IMG/VR virus record: IMGVR_UViG_3300024038_000016
Reading direction: 5' to 3' (one strand)
Length of the DNA stretch: 64,000 nucleotides
Source of the DNA: a virus
This document shows positions 43,156 to 52,448 of this stretch, piece after piece; within the stretch, counting starts at the first letter, position 1, and the number at the start of each line of letters is the position of its first letter. The notes below the pieces were generated by a model. The model made no database searches, was not told where the DNA came from, and saw only the letters and a program-made list of their open reading frames with translations. The position numbers and the translations under genes are program-made.

Positions 43156-43887
43156 CTAGATCAGGCTGGCAACCTGAAGGCGCCGCTGCATGGCGGCGAA
43201 GTCGGGTCGCGGTGTGGGGTCGTCTTCGGGCTCGGGCAGCTCGGTGCGCGCGGCAGGCGCGTTGCGGTAGGCCGAGAGATCCCAGGCCTTGGCGCGCGCG
43301 CTGGCCTTGTCGCTGCCCGAAGCGATGGCATCGGCGAAGCCGTACTCGACGGACTGCTCGGCGGTGAACCAAGTCTCCTCGGTCATCCACTTCGCAAGCT
43401 GCTCGGGGTCTTGGCCCGTGGCGTCGGCGTAGCTCTTCACGAGCGCCTCGTCGATCTGGTCGAGCAGCGAGGCGGTCTGCTTCAGGTCGTCCGAATTGCC
43501 CATGGCAAGCGTCCAGGCCTTGTGGATCATGAACATCGCGCCGGGTGCAATGAGCACCTCATCGGCAGCAAGGGCCACATAGCTCGCTGCGCTGGCGGCA
43601 TAACCGTCGACGTGCGTCACGACGCGGCTCTTGTGCTCCCGGATGGCTTGCTCCATAGCCCTGCCGGCGAACACGTCGCCACCCGGCGAGTTGATGCGCA
43701 GATGGATCGTCGCCGCCTTGATGCTGGCCAGTTCCTTGGCGAAGTTGATCGCCGAGACGCCACCGTAGTAGTCGTCGCTGGTGATGTAGTCGTAGAGCCA
43801 AACGGTCGCCTCGTCGCCCGAAGCTTCGGCCTTGAACAGGCCGCGACCGCGATTACTCGCCAGCAGGCGTGCCAGGGTTGGTGTCAT
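43156..43887 (-). CDS. ClpP-type prohead protease
   Basis: LRINSPGGDVF, AASAASYV, MFMIHKAW, ETWFTAEQSVEYGFAD. Confidence 0.93.
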   Translation of the reverse strand: MTPTLARLLASNRGRGLFKAEASGDEATVWLYDYITSDDYYGGVSAINFAKELASIKAATIHLRINSPGGDVFAGRAMEQAIREHKSRVVTHVDGYAASAASYVALAADEVLIAPGAMFMIHKAWTLAMGNSDDLKQTASLLDQIDEALVKSYADATGQDPEQLAKWMTEETWFTAEQSVEYGFADAIASGSDKASARAKAWDLSAYRNAPAARTELPEPEDDPTPRPDFAAMQRRLQVASLI

Positions 43888-45142
43888 TGGTGCTTACTCC
43901 TGCGCGAATGAGTTCGTCGCCGCCAGGAATGGGCGGCAGATTCTTGGTCTTGCGGACTTCGTTGACCGTCATCCAGCCTTGCGCCCCAGGGCCGCCCAAG
44001 GCCTTCGCGAAATACTCGGACTGCGCCGCGCTGTCGCCTTCGAGCAGCGCGTCGACGTTGTGTTCGGCGTACGTGCGCAGACTGCGCGGCCAGCACTTGC
44101 GGGTCGTCTCTTGCTGAATGAGGGTGGTGTGGCCCGACAGCGTGTAGATGACGAAGCCGCGACCCATGTTCTCGATGCCGGAGCCCCAGCTGGTCGAAGC
44201 GTCCGTCTTGCCGATCATGTGCGGCGGCACGCCGTAGAAGCGGGCGATGTCTTCGACCTGGTATTGCCGAGTCGTGAGTAGCTGCATGTCTTCGGCGCTG
44301 ATACCGATCCGCTCGACCGACCAGTTGCCGCCGGTCAGCAGGACCGGGCGCTTGGCGTTGCGGGCGCCGGAATAGCGCTCATCCCAGTCTTTGAGGAAAT
44401 CGTCGCGCTGAGCCGGTTGCATCTTTGCGTCGCTCGACAGGACTAGATCAGACCGCGCCTTGCTCTTGAAGAAGTCCGCGGCGAACTCATCCGCCGCGAG
44501 CGCGATGCCGGCGGTCAGTCGGAGACCATGCGACAGCGGCGAGATCGAGCGCAGACCGTCGAATCCAAGGCTCGGGAAGTGCAGCATGTCGTCCTGATCG
44601 ACGACTTCGACCTCGGCATCGGGCCGCGAGATGACGTACGCGATACGGTTGCCGTTCTTGCGCGGATCGACCCACAGCGTGTGCAGCGGCTCCAGACCGA
44701 CGATCTTGGGCGACAGCGGCGACGCGCGATGAATCCGCATGTAGCCGTCGCCACGCAGGCAGCGGCACGCCATGACGAACTGCCATGCGCTTGCCGCCGT
44801 CCAGCTCGCCCAGGGCGATTCGTTGAAGAGCCACCACAGGTCCGAGGACTCGACGCGCTCACGGCCTTTGTCGGTCCGACGATAGATGTGCAGCGGGAGG
44901 ACTGAGACCGTCTCGGCGAGCAGCTTCACGGCCGCCCACACGGCAGACACGCACATGGCCGTGCGCTCATTGACGGCGACGCCCGCACCGCTGATCCCAT
45001 CGGCAAACCAGCTATAGAGCTCAGACCCGCGCACGCCCTCTGACGAACGATAGGTCTGACCCTCGGCGCGGACCTTGGCATGCGCCTCGCGGTCGTGCGA
45101 GAGCTGCACGGCGAGCCGTTCGCGTGCGGTCAGTGCGGTCAT
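43853..45142 (-). CDS. HK97-family portal
   Basis: SAVWAAVKLLAETVSVLPL, GFDGLRSISP, IARFYGVPPHMIG, WMTVNEVR. Confidence 0.95.
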   Translation of the reverse strand: MTALTARERLAVQLSHDREAHAKVRAEGQTYRSSEGVRGSELYSWFADGISGAGVAVNERTAMCVSAVWAAVKLLAETVSVLPLHIYRRTDKGRERVESSDLWWLFNESPWASWTAASAWQFVMACRCLRGDGYMRIHRASPLSPKIVGLEPLHTLWVDPRKNGNRIAYVISRPDAEVEVVDQDDMLHFPSLGFDGLRSISPLSHGLRLTAGIALAADEFAADFFKSKARSDLVLSSDAKMQPAQRDDFLKDWDERYSGARNAKRPVLLTGGNWSVERIGISAEDMQLLTTRQYQVEDIARFYGVPPHMIGKTDASTSWGSGIENMGRGFVIYTLSGHTTLIQQETTRKCWPRSLRTYAEHNVDALLEGDSAAQSEYFAKALGGPGAQGWMTVNEVRKTKNLPPIPGGDELIRAGVSTNDTNPGTPAGE

Positions 45143-46956
45143 GCGTGAGCCTCTGCGTAGTGTTCTTCGTGGAGCACCGCCCGCGACAGCGCCATTACCA
45201 GCGCGACGATCGGGTCGATGCGGCCTTGCTCGTTGGACTTCTTTTTATCCGGGCGGAAGTTGCCGTTCGTGTCGTAGAGCAACGCGACGTTGCCGGCTGC
45301 CCACCGCAGAATCGGATGGCCGCCATGCACTAGGCGCTTGCCGTAAACCAGCTCTTCTAGCTTCTTGCTGCCGGGGTACATGCCGCCCGTGTTCTGCGGC
45401 ACCTCGACGATGGGCACATCGGCCTCCTGCAACTCGGTCGCGAGCTGCAGGACGTTCCAGCGGTCGAAGCCCAGCTCGACCATTTCGTAATCCGCACACG
45501 CCGCGATGATGTCGGCCTTGACAGGCGCGTAGTCAGCAACGTCGCCTTCGGTAACGGTGAGGAAGCCGGCGCGCTCCCAGGCGGGATAGTCCGCGACTGG
45601 ATCCTGCTGCAGCTCCACTTTCGACCGCGGGCAATACACCTTCACCAGCACCACCCAATCGTCGTCCGGCTCGTCAGGCGGAAACGCCAGCACGAAGGCC
45701 GTCAGGTCGCGGATGCTCGCGAGGTCCAGACCGCCATAGCAGCGCCGGCCCTTGAGGGCGCGCGGGTCAAACTTGCGGGCGCCCTTGTCCCACACCGAGA
45801 TATCGAACCAGCCTTCGGCCGAGTTCACCCACCGGTTGAGATCCTTGGTGAGGAAGTTGGTTAGCGCGCTGGGCAGCGCCTTCGCCTTCCTCGCCTGGTC
45901 CCGCATGTACTGCAACGTCTTCGAACGCCCGAGCCCAGGATTCGCCTTGGACCAGTTGCGTTCGTCGAAGGGGTCGTCCCCTTCGTCCAGCGTGTAGATG
46001 TAGCCGAAGAAGCTGTCGTCCTCCCGGCGCCCCTCGAGGACGCTGATCAGGTAGGACCGGATCTCGACGCAGATGCCGTCGAGGATGAACCCCGCGGTCG
46101 TGATCGCCGACAGCAGGGCCTGCGATCGAGCACCGAAGCCCGACTCCAGCACGTCCCACTGGTCGCGCGACTTCTGCGCATGCAGCTCGTCGAACAGCAC
46201 CGCCGAAGGGTTGAAGCCGTCTTGCGACTCGGCGTTCGATGCCAGCGGTTTGAAGATGCCGCCGCCGGCTTCAAGGCGCTCCTGGTTGAGGCCATCGAAA
46301 ACCCGGATGCCCTTCGCAATCCTCGGTGACTGCCGACGCCAACGCTTCACGTTGTCGAACGCGGGGCGAAACACCGTCATCGCCTGTTCGCGCGTGGTGG
46401 CAACGGCGTACACCTCGGCGCCGTGCTCGCCGTCCATCATCCACAGGTACGCACCCTGCGGACCCTTCCACGTGCTCTTGCCGTTCTTCCGCGCGACCTC
46501 TTCGTAGGCGCGCGTGAAGCGCCGGAGCCCGTCGCTCGAGCGACGCCATCCGAACAGCACGGCGGTCCAGAACTTTTGCCAAGGGTCCAGCAGGATCGGC
46601 GTCTTCGCCAGCGGGCCCTTGATGTGCTCAAAGAACCGTTCGATGAAGTCAATCACGTGCCAGCCGTGATCTGGCGAGAAGTAGTAGCCGCGCGCCTCGG
46701 CGTCCTGCAGGTCGCGGTAGTGCCGAACAACCGCCAACCAGACCAGGCGGCCGACCGTGATCTCATTCCGGAGGACGGGGACGCCGTATTCGCGGTCCCA
46801 TTCCTGCCACTGATCCTCTGGCGGGATTAGGCGGAGCGTGCGCTTGGTCGGCTTCCGACGTGCCCCGCCAGGTCGGCGAACAGGTCGTCCTGATCCCCTT
46901 CGCCGATTTTGCTTTCCTTGAGGCGCGCCTCGATCGTGGACATCACCGTCAAGCAT
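45139..46956 (-). CDS. Terminase large subunit
   Basis: EVARKNGKST Walker A, VLFDELH Walker B, GGLDLAS, RIDPIVAL; start uncertain. Confidence 0.93.
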   Translation of the reverse strand: MLDGDVHDRGAPQGKQNRRRGSGRPVRRPGGARRKPTKRTLRLIPPEDQWQEWDREYGVPVLRNEITVGRLVWLAVVRHYRDLQDAEARGYYFSPDHGWHVIDFIERFFEHIKGPLAKTPILLDPWQKFWTAVLFGWRRSSDGLRRFTRAYEEVARKNGKSTWKGPQGAYLWMMDGEHGAEVYAVATTREQAMTVFRPAFDNVKRWRRQSPRIAKGIRVFDGLNQERLEAGGGIFKPLASNAESQDGFNPSAVLFDELHAQKSRDQWDVLESGFGARSQALLSAITTAGFILDGICVEIRSYLISVLEGRREDDSFFGYIYTLDEGDDPFDERNWSKANPGLGRSKTLQYMRDQARKAKALPSALTNFLTKDLNRWVNSAEGWFDISVWDKGARKFDPRALKGRRCYGGLDLASIRDLTAFVLAFPPDEPDDDWVVLVKVYCPRSKVELQQDPVADYPAWERAGFLTVTEGDVADYAPVKADIIAACADYEMVELGFDRWNVLQLATELQEADVPIVEVPQNTGGMYPGSKKLEELVYGKRLVHGGHPILRWAAGNVALLYDTNGNFRPDKKKSNEQGRIDPIVALVMALSRAVLHEEHYAEAHA

Positions 46957-47312
46957 GCTTCGGGCAAGTCCTTCATGATCTGTTCGCGGGCCTTCCGCTC
47001 GTTGTAGCTGTGGGGCAGCTCAACCTTGTTACCGTTGCTGGTCGTTCCGTACCTCCCCTCAAGGCACAGCTTCATGTCCTCCGACCAAGCGTGCAGCGTG
47101 TGCGTCAGCATCAGTAGATGCACGCCAGCCGTTCCAACCTTGCGGCCGTCACGAGCCAGAACGACGCACAGGTAGTCGTAGATCCGGCGAGCCTGTCGCT
47201 CCAGCCGAGCGCCGGGTGGCGGCTCCGGGATCTCGTAGCCGGCAATTGTCTTGAACCCAAAACCGGAGCCCCCGGTTTCGATATCCACTACGTTGTCGCC
47301 AGAATCGTTCAC
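46827..47312 (-). CDS. Terminase small subunit (P27-like)
   Basis: Between HNH and TerL; LERQARRIYDYL..LPEACLT. Confidence 0.75.
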   Translation of the reverse strand: MNDSGDNVVDIETGGSGFGFKTIAGYEIPEPPPGARLERQARRIYDYLCVVLARDGRKVGTAGVHLLMLTHTLHAWSEDMKLCLEGRYGTTSNGNKVELPHSYNERKAREQIMKDLPEACLTVMSTIEARLKESKIGEGDQDDLFADLAGHVGSRPSARSA

Positions 47313-47458
47313 AGCGCTCTCCTGTCGTTCCGGAGAGCGGAAACGCTATCGAGCTGCTCGATCGCTTGCCTAGGAGGGCTTCCTTGTTACCCCTCCCCCC
47401 TCTCCCAAAAACTCCCCATAAAAATGCGATTACCCGTCCGGTCTTGCAGGGTGTGGCG

Positions 47459-47845
47459 TCAGACTTTTGACCCGCCCCCTGCCCTGCGATCGGCCGACTC
47501 CTGGGCCTGCTTCCACTTGTCGTGACACGGCTTGCACAGCGCCTGCCAGTTGTCCGTATCCCAGAACAGGGCCGAGTCACCACGGTGCGGCACGCGGTGG
47601 TCGACCACCGTCGCAGCAGTGAGCCGGCCAAGCTCCTGGCAATGGACACACAGCGGATTGCGGCGCAGATACGTCTCGCGCGCCTTGCGCCACCGGGCGT
47701 TGTAGCCACGCTCAGCGCTTGAGCCTCGGCGGGAATCGTCGAGGGCGCGACGGGCTGCAAGATGCTCGGGGCAGTAGCCGGACCCATCGCGCACCACGGA
47801 CTTGCACATCGAGTGACGGCAGGGCTTGGGGGCTGAGTACGGCAT
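47459..47845 (-). CDS. HNH endonuclease (cos-cleavage gp74-like)
   Basis: RGY..RWRKAR..PLCVHC..VVDHRVPHRG..NWQALCKPCH. Confidence 0.92.
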   Translation of the reverse strand: MPYSAPKPCRHSMCKSVVRDGSGYCPEHLAARRALDDSRRGSSAERGYNARWRKARETYLRRNPLCVHCQELGRLTAATVVDHRVPHRGDSALFWDTDNWQALCKPCHDKWKQAQESADRRAGGGSKV

Positions 47846-47892
47846 GTGCGGATCACCTCCTTTCGAAGGCGCCCGGAAGGGAACCGGAAAAC

Positions 47893-47919
47893 AAAAAGCC
47901 CGGCTCAGTGGCCGGGCTT
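47893..47919 (-). terminator. tR'-like terminator
   Basis: AAGCCCGGC-CACTGA-GCCGGGCTTTTTGTTTT. Confidence 0.8.
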
Positions 47920-47955
47920 CTCCTGGGAGAGGACGCACCTCTCCCGACGGGGCAG

Positions 47956-47985
47956 ATAATCGGTGGACTCACTACCCGATGTCAA
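47956..47985 (-). promoter_or_regulatory. pR'-like late promoter TTGACA-N18-GATTAT
   Basis: At the end of the Q-like gene, just upstream of a terminator. Confidence 0.7.
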
Positions 47986-48379
47986 CACCCCTGCGCGAAA
48001 AACTTGTCCGTAGATTCGTGTGGGCACGGTCAAGCACGTCCGCATAGTTCTCACGCGGGAAGCGGAACACCGAGGCCAGGCCGTAGCAACGCATGACTGC
48101 AGCACGCTCGATCGGCTCAAGGTCATGCACGCACACATCGACCGTCTGGCACTGCGACGCATCGGCCGCATCGCACATGTCGTCGAAGGACTGGCTCACG
48201 CCACCCGTTGCGCACACCGCTGAGCGCGACGGGTATCCAAGCCCTTGGTGGTATCGCTCACACCAGCGTGCCCACTCATCCAGGCGGGCACGCATGCGAT
48301 CCATTCGCGCACGCTCCACGTCCTCCCTGCTGACCGAGGGAGCGCTCGCCACCCGTACCCGCATCGCCGTCGTCGTCAT
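47972..48379 (-). CDS. Antiterminator Q-like protein
   Basis: RLDEWARW..GLGYPS..VDVCVHDL..AAVMRCY; directly upstream of late promoter. Confidence 0.7.
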   Translation of the reverse strand: MTTTAMRVRVASAPSVSREDVERARMDRMRARLDEWARWCERYHQGLGYPSRSAVCATGGVSQSFDDMCDAADASQCQTVDVCVHDLEPIERAAVMRCYGLASVFRFPRENYADVLDRAHTNLRTSFSRRGVDIG

Positions 48380-48642
48380 GCCTGCTTTCCCCTGATCTTG
48401 GCGGCGGTGTCGGCGTAGAGCTCGCACCAGTACCGCACGGTCTCTTCCCAATCCAAGCCCAGGGCGCGGACCTCTGCGCACTGGTCTCGCACCAACTCCA
48501 CTACGTCTTGCCTGTACTTCTCCGCCTCGGCTTCCGTCACCTCGCCGGACGCGAACCAGTGGCCGAGCACGAAGTCGAGGTCTTCCCGAAGCTGCCGCAC
48601 TGAGGCCGTCATGTGCTTCGGCACAGTCACGCTCACGCCCAT
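48376..48642 (-). CDS. Hypothetical protein
   Basis: ATGA-coupled to Q-like gene. Confidence 0.65.
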   Translation of the reverse strand: MGVSVTVPKHMTASVRQLREDLDFVLGHWFASGEVTEAEAEKYRQDVVELVRDQCAEVRALGLDWEETVRYWCELYADTAAKIRGKQA

Positions 48643-48645
48643 CGG

Positions 48646-49047
48646 TCAGAACTCCACCACGTCAAACCCGCCCGGTTTCGCAGGCGATCGGCCACCGTGC
48701 AGGCGTGTGCTACCGCGCTCCGGCAACTCGCTCAAGCGCAGCACCTGCTTCACCAGCTCCAGCGCCGCACCGGGCACCAGCTCGCCCGCCGTATGCCGAC
48801 GCAACAGGCGGCGCGCCCACTCCTGCGAACCCTCCTTCTGCGCTGCCTGCTCACGGGCGAACGCTGCAAGCCGCGCCACGTGCTCGCCGCGCGACTCACC
48901 CGCACGCCGATGCAGCCCGCGTTCCGCCAACCAGGTGCGCGCATCCGACCGCGCCTCATCGCGCCACGCCTTGCGCTCGCGCTCGACTTCCGCCTCGCCC
49001 TTCGCGGGAATCGGCGGCATCGGCGCCGGGGCAACTACTCGTCGCAT
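48646..49047 (-). CDS. Hypothetical protein
   Basis: Follows replication gene; EWARRLLRRH.AGE motif. Confidence 0.6.
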   Translation of the reverse strand: MRRVVAPAPMPPIPAKGEAEVERERKAWRDEARSDARTWLAERGLHRRAGESRGEHVARLAAFAREQAAQKEGSQEWARRLLRRHTAGELVPGAALELVKQVLRLSELPERGSTRLHGGRSPAKPGGFDVVEF

Positions 49048-50054
49048 GCCGCGTCCTCCTGCTGTCGCTGCTGTTCCACGAACGCATCGATCCGCTTGAG
49101 CAGCGACGCGAACGACTCGCCGACCTTGCCCTCGGGATGGGGCATGCCCAGCGCCCTTGCGTAGCTCGTCGCGGCCGCGCTGTCCTTGCGCCACCCGGGC
49201 GGCGGCGTCACCCTGCCGGCGAGCTGGATGCCCACCAGCGTTGCGCGGACGAAGCGGAGGCCGATCGGCTGCGTCGAGTTCTCTGCCTGGCGCAGCGCCT
49301 TGCACCGCGCCACCGCTGCGCTCAACTCGTCCTCGGTCGGCCCACGCTCCGCGATCTCCCGCACCTCCCGCTGCATCGGGTGGAACTGCTTCCCGAGCAG
49401 TTCGCTGAGCTGCGCTGCGACGACCGAATCCAGCTCCGGGGCCGCACCGGGCGTCACGAAGGCGACCACGTTGCCGACGGCACGTAGCCCCCCTGCAGAC
49501 CGAATTTCCCTCTCGCCCCTCGCGTGCGTAGTCGGAGCTGTAGACGGGACCGAGGGTTGAGAAGTAGACGCTTTACTCGGATCTCCGATGTGGGTGGTCA
49601 TCGACCGATGACCACCGGGAAAAACCCGGTTGGGTTCACCCTCCAAACCCTGATGCGGCGCGGGTTTGGGCCGGTGGGGTTCTGTGGATAAAACCCGGTT
49701 GTCACTCGGTGGTGTATGAAACTCGCGCACCTCTCCTGTGATCGCCAGAGGCATCAAAAAAACAAGCACCTCACCGTCGCCGCGACGCTCTAGCAGACCA
49801 GCACGCACCAGGGCATCCAGCGCCGTGCGCACCTGCGCGAGCGTCGGCTTCTCCACCTGCGCACCCGCGCCGCGGGCCGTGCTGACCTCCAGGTACGTGC
49901 GCAGCATCTCGCGCGAGATCCGGCGCGACTGCCCCACCATGCCGCTGCCAAAGTCCATCCAGCGCCGCATGCGCACGTACATCGTGCAGGCGAGGTGACT
50001 GAGCCCGTCCATGGCATCAAGCTCCATGTCGGAGAGGACAATCGCCGCCTTCAC
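49035..50054 (-). CDS. Putative replication initiator (winged helix, O-like position)
   Basis: wHTH-like N-terminus, low-complexity linker carrying DNA repeats and a DnaA box. Confidence 0.65.
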   Translation of the reverse strand: MKAAIVLSDMELDAMDGLSHLACTMYVRMRRWMDFGSGMVGQSRRISREMLRTYLEVSTARGAGAQVEKPTLAQVRTALDALVRAGLLERRGDGEVLVFLMPLAITGEVREFHTPPSDNRVLSTEPHRPKPAPHQGLEGEPNRVFPGGHRSMTTHIGDPSKASTSQPSVPSTAPTTHARGEREIRSAGGLRAVGNVVAFVTPGAAPELDSVVAAQLSELLGKQFHPMQREVREIAERGPTEDELSAAVARCKALRQAENSTQPIGLRFVRATLVGIQLAGRVTPPPGWRKDSAAATSYARALGMPHPEGKVGESFASLLKRIDAFVEQQRQQEDAACDE

Positions 50055-50136
50055 GGGCGCACCCCACAGCGTGGCACCGATCGCGACCACGCGCAGAGAA
50101 GTGACGATTCGCCCGAATGCCGCCAACGAATCACGC

Positions 50137-51330
50137 TCATACCTCGCGCAGCAGGTCCAACTGGCGCGATGCCTCGGCCGCAAACCGCGCTGCGTGCTCT
50201 ATGCGCGCTCGGGCGATGTCCAGATAGCCCAGCGGCTGCCCGTGCTCGTCTTCGTCGCGCTCGATGCCGACAAAGCGGAAGCCTTCCAGCATGCAGGCCT
50301 TGCCCGTTGAGCCGGATCCCGTGTACGGGTCGAGCACAACGCCCCCGCGCGGCGTCACCAGGCGGACCAGATAGCGCATCAGGTCCGTGGGCTTCACCGT
50401 GGGGTGGTGGTTGCCCTGCGGAGGCGGTGCGTAGCCCTCATCGCGGCGCGTGATATGCCGGCCGGAGGTGTTGGAGACCATGCCGCCAGGCCTATGAGGG
50501 AGCGCTTCGCAGCCCTCGTTCCTGTCGTGTCGCCCGGCCTTGGCGCAGTAGAAGAAACGCGCCGCGCTGCCCGAACCCGAGTCAAAAGGCGTTCGGTCGC
50601 CGCCCAGGTAGTCGGAGCAGCCGGTGCCAATGCCGCCGCCATAACCGGTAACGCGAGTCTGCGGCACCGAGCCGCCGGCACCGTCGCTATCAGGGAAGCG
50701 CGCAAGCACCTCGTCGCTGCCGTCATGAATGAGGTTTGCCGGAAAGCGGCCAGACGGGTTGTAGCTGTTCTCGCGCGTTCCGGACCATTCACCATAGGCA
50801 TTGCTCGTACGGCTCGAAGCGAGCCCCACCACGCTCACGCACTTGGCCTCGTGGTCTGCTCCGGAAGGCACGCGGCAACCACCGATGTTGATGGCACCGG
50901 TCCCGAACTGCTCGACGTTGCTGGCGACTGAGCCAACGAGCGGCTTGCGCGCCATCGTGATCGGTTCAAGCGCCGGCTTTAGCGCCGTACCCCAGCCCTG
51001 CCAATCCCCGTCCAGGTTCTTGCTCTTCGGGAAGCCGGACCCATAGACCCACGCGATCATGTCGCGGATCTCGAAACCCGCGTCCTCGATTCGCACAGCC
51101 ATGCGGTGCTGAGTGCGCGTGCCAGCGAAGGCCAGCAGGTGGCCGCCCGGCTTGAGCACCCGCAGGCACTCGACCCACACCTCGACGCGAGGGACGTCGT
51201 AGTCCCACGCCTTGCCCATGAAGCGCAGCCCGTAAGGCGGGTCGGTGACAATCGCGTCGACCGAGGAATCCGCCATCGCCTTCAACAGGGTCAGACAGTC
51301 GCCGCGCAGCAGCTCATATCGCTCGATCAC
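50137..51330 (-). CDS. DNA methyltransferase, N6-A/N4-C beta class
   Basis: AIVTDPPY, HPTVKP..LM.YLV, VLDPYTGSGSTG. Confidence 0.93.
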   Translation of the reverse strand: MIERYELLRGDCLTLLKAMADSSVDAIVTDPPYGLRFMGKAWDYDVPRVEVWVECLRVLKPGGHLLAFAGTRTQHRMAVRIEDAGFEIRDMIAWVYGSGFPKSKNLDGDWQGWGTALKPALEPITMARKPLVGSVASNVEQFGTGAINIGGCRVPSGADHEAKCVSVVGLASSRTSNAYGEWSGTRENSYNPSGRFPANLIHDGSDEVLARFPDSDGAGGSVPQTRVTGYGGGIGTGCSDYLGGDRTPFDSGSGSAARFFYCAKAGRHDRNEGCEALPHRPGGMVSNTSGRHITRRDEGYAPPPQGNHHPTVKPTDLMRYLVRLVTPRGGVVLDPYTGSGSTGKACMLEGFRFVGIERDEDEHGQPLGYLDIARARIEHAARFAAEASRQLDLLREV

Positions 51331-51659
51331 CAGGGCGCACCCTCGCCAAAAGAAGTCCCGACCGCCCTACCCTCGCGGCGGTCGGGATAACCACCACCAG
51401 AGGCGGCGGGAGGATGTGCACGGGGTGCGCCGGCCTGGCTCAGCGGGCGCCATGTGGAGGAAGGCGGCGCCTCGACGCGCATCGCGCCGGCACGCACGCC
51501 GGCCTCAAACGCGTTCATGGCGGGGCCGTAATGGCGGTGATAGCGGAGCGCCTCCACGGCGAGCTGCCAGCCGGTCACAACCAGCACCACGCCAAAGGCC
51601 AGCAGCCCCAGGAGGACGACGCAGACGACGACGCGCAGCGCGAGTTCGGCGGCGCTCAC
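51327..51659 (-). CDS. Hypothetical membrane protein
   Basis: GTGA-coupled; N-terminal TM. Confidence 0.55.
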   Translation of the reverse strand: MSAAELALRVVVCVVLLGLLAFGVVLVVTGWQLAVEALRYHRHYGPAMNAFEAGVRAGAMRVEAPPSSTWRPLSQAGAPRAHPPAASGGGYPDRREGRAVGTSFGEGAPW

Positions 51660-51922
51660 GGTGCGCACCTCGGGCAGCGGGCGTGACAAGGCGGCGGGTA
51701 TGGCGGCGCGGGTAGCCGCGCGTCGGCGGGCGGCGGGCAGTTCGGCATGCGGCTTGGCGGCAACCACCCCCCATGCGGCGGCATCTCCAAGCCGAAGCGC
51801 TCTGCGGCCGTTCGAATCTCCCGCAGCATGTCCAGCCGGCCGCGGTCGAAGGCGTCGCGCCAGACAAGCCCCAGCACGAAACAGGCGAAGACGAACAACG
51901 CGCACCACTCCAGCAGGCTCAT
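51656..51922 (-). CDS. Hypothetical membrane protein
   Basis: ATGA-coupled; N-terminal TM. Confidence 0.55.
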   Translation of the reverse strand: MSLLEWCALFVFACFVLGLVWRDAFDRGRLDMLREIRTAAERFGLEMPPHGGWLPPSRMPNCPPPADARLPAPPYPPPCHARCPRCAP

Positions 51923-52371
51923 GACGTAACCCTCGCTCCCGTTTTTGCAGCCTTGCCCACAGCGGCATCCAGCACGTCGAGGCCTTTGCGGGCCTCCGAA
52001 ATCTGCTGCTGGATGTCGACCTGCTCGCGGGGGCTGATCTGCCCATCGGATAGGGCCTCCTCCACCGCCCGCGCCACGTCGCCGTGCTCACGCTGCGATG
52101 CCAGAAAGGCCATCACCACCCCGACGTCTCGCGGCATCGCCTCGGCCACCGCGAACCCGCCGCCGCATTCCTTCGCAACCTCCACCGCAATGCGCAGGTC
52201 GCCCGTGATCAGCACCATCGCAATCGCCTCGCGCAGCGTCAGCACGTGCGACTCCGAATGCGGATTCACTTTGTTGCGCAGCACCTGCTCGCCCTTGCCC
52301 ATGCGGCGGGCAAGCTCCGGCAGGCCGAAGTCGTGCGCGGTCTGATGCACAGCCAGGTCAAGTGCGTCCAC
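51919..52371 (-). CDS. CII-like regulatory protein (186/CP76 type)
   Basis: LARRMGKGEQVLRNKVNP..HVLTLREA; downstream of cro. Confidence 0.8.
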   Translation of the reverse strand: MDALDLAVHQTAHDFGLPELARRMGKGEQVLRNKVNPHSESHVLTLREAIAMVLITGDLRIAVEVAKECGGGFAVAEAMPRDVGVVMAFLASQREHGDVARAVEEALSDGQISPREQVDIQQQISEARKGLDVLDAAVGKAAKTGARVTS

Positions 52372-52448
52372 GGTTGACCTCGCCAAAACAAACGTTGTGC
52401 ACCGAGCTGCGCGCGGCCAATCTGGAGGCAACGCAACCCACTGAGGAC

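Noticed and set aside
41713-43911. 732-aa minus-strand ORF in the track
   Set aside because: The listed translation reads as the antisense of the capsid and protease genes; no domain signal
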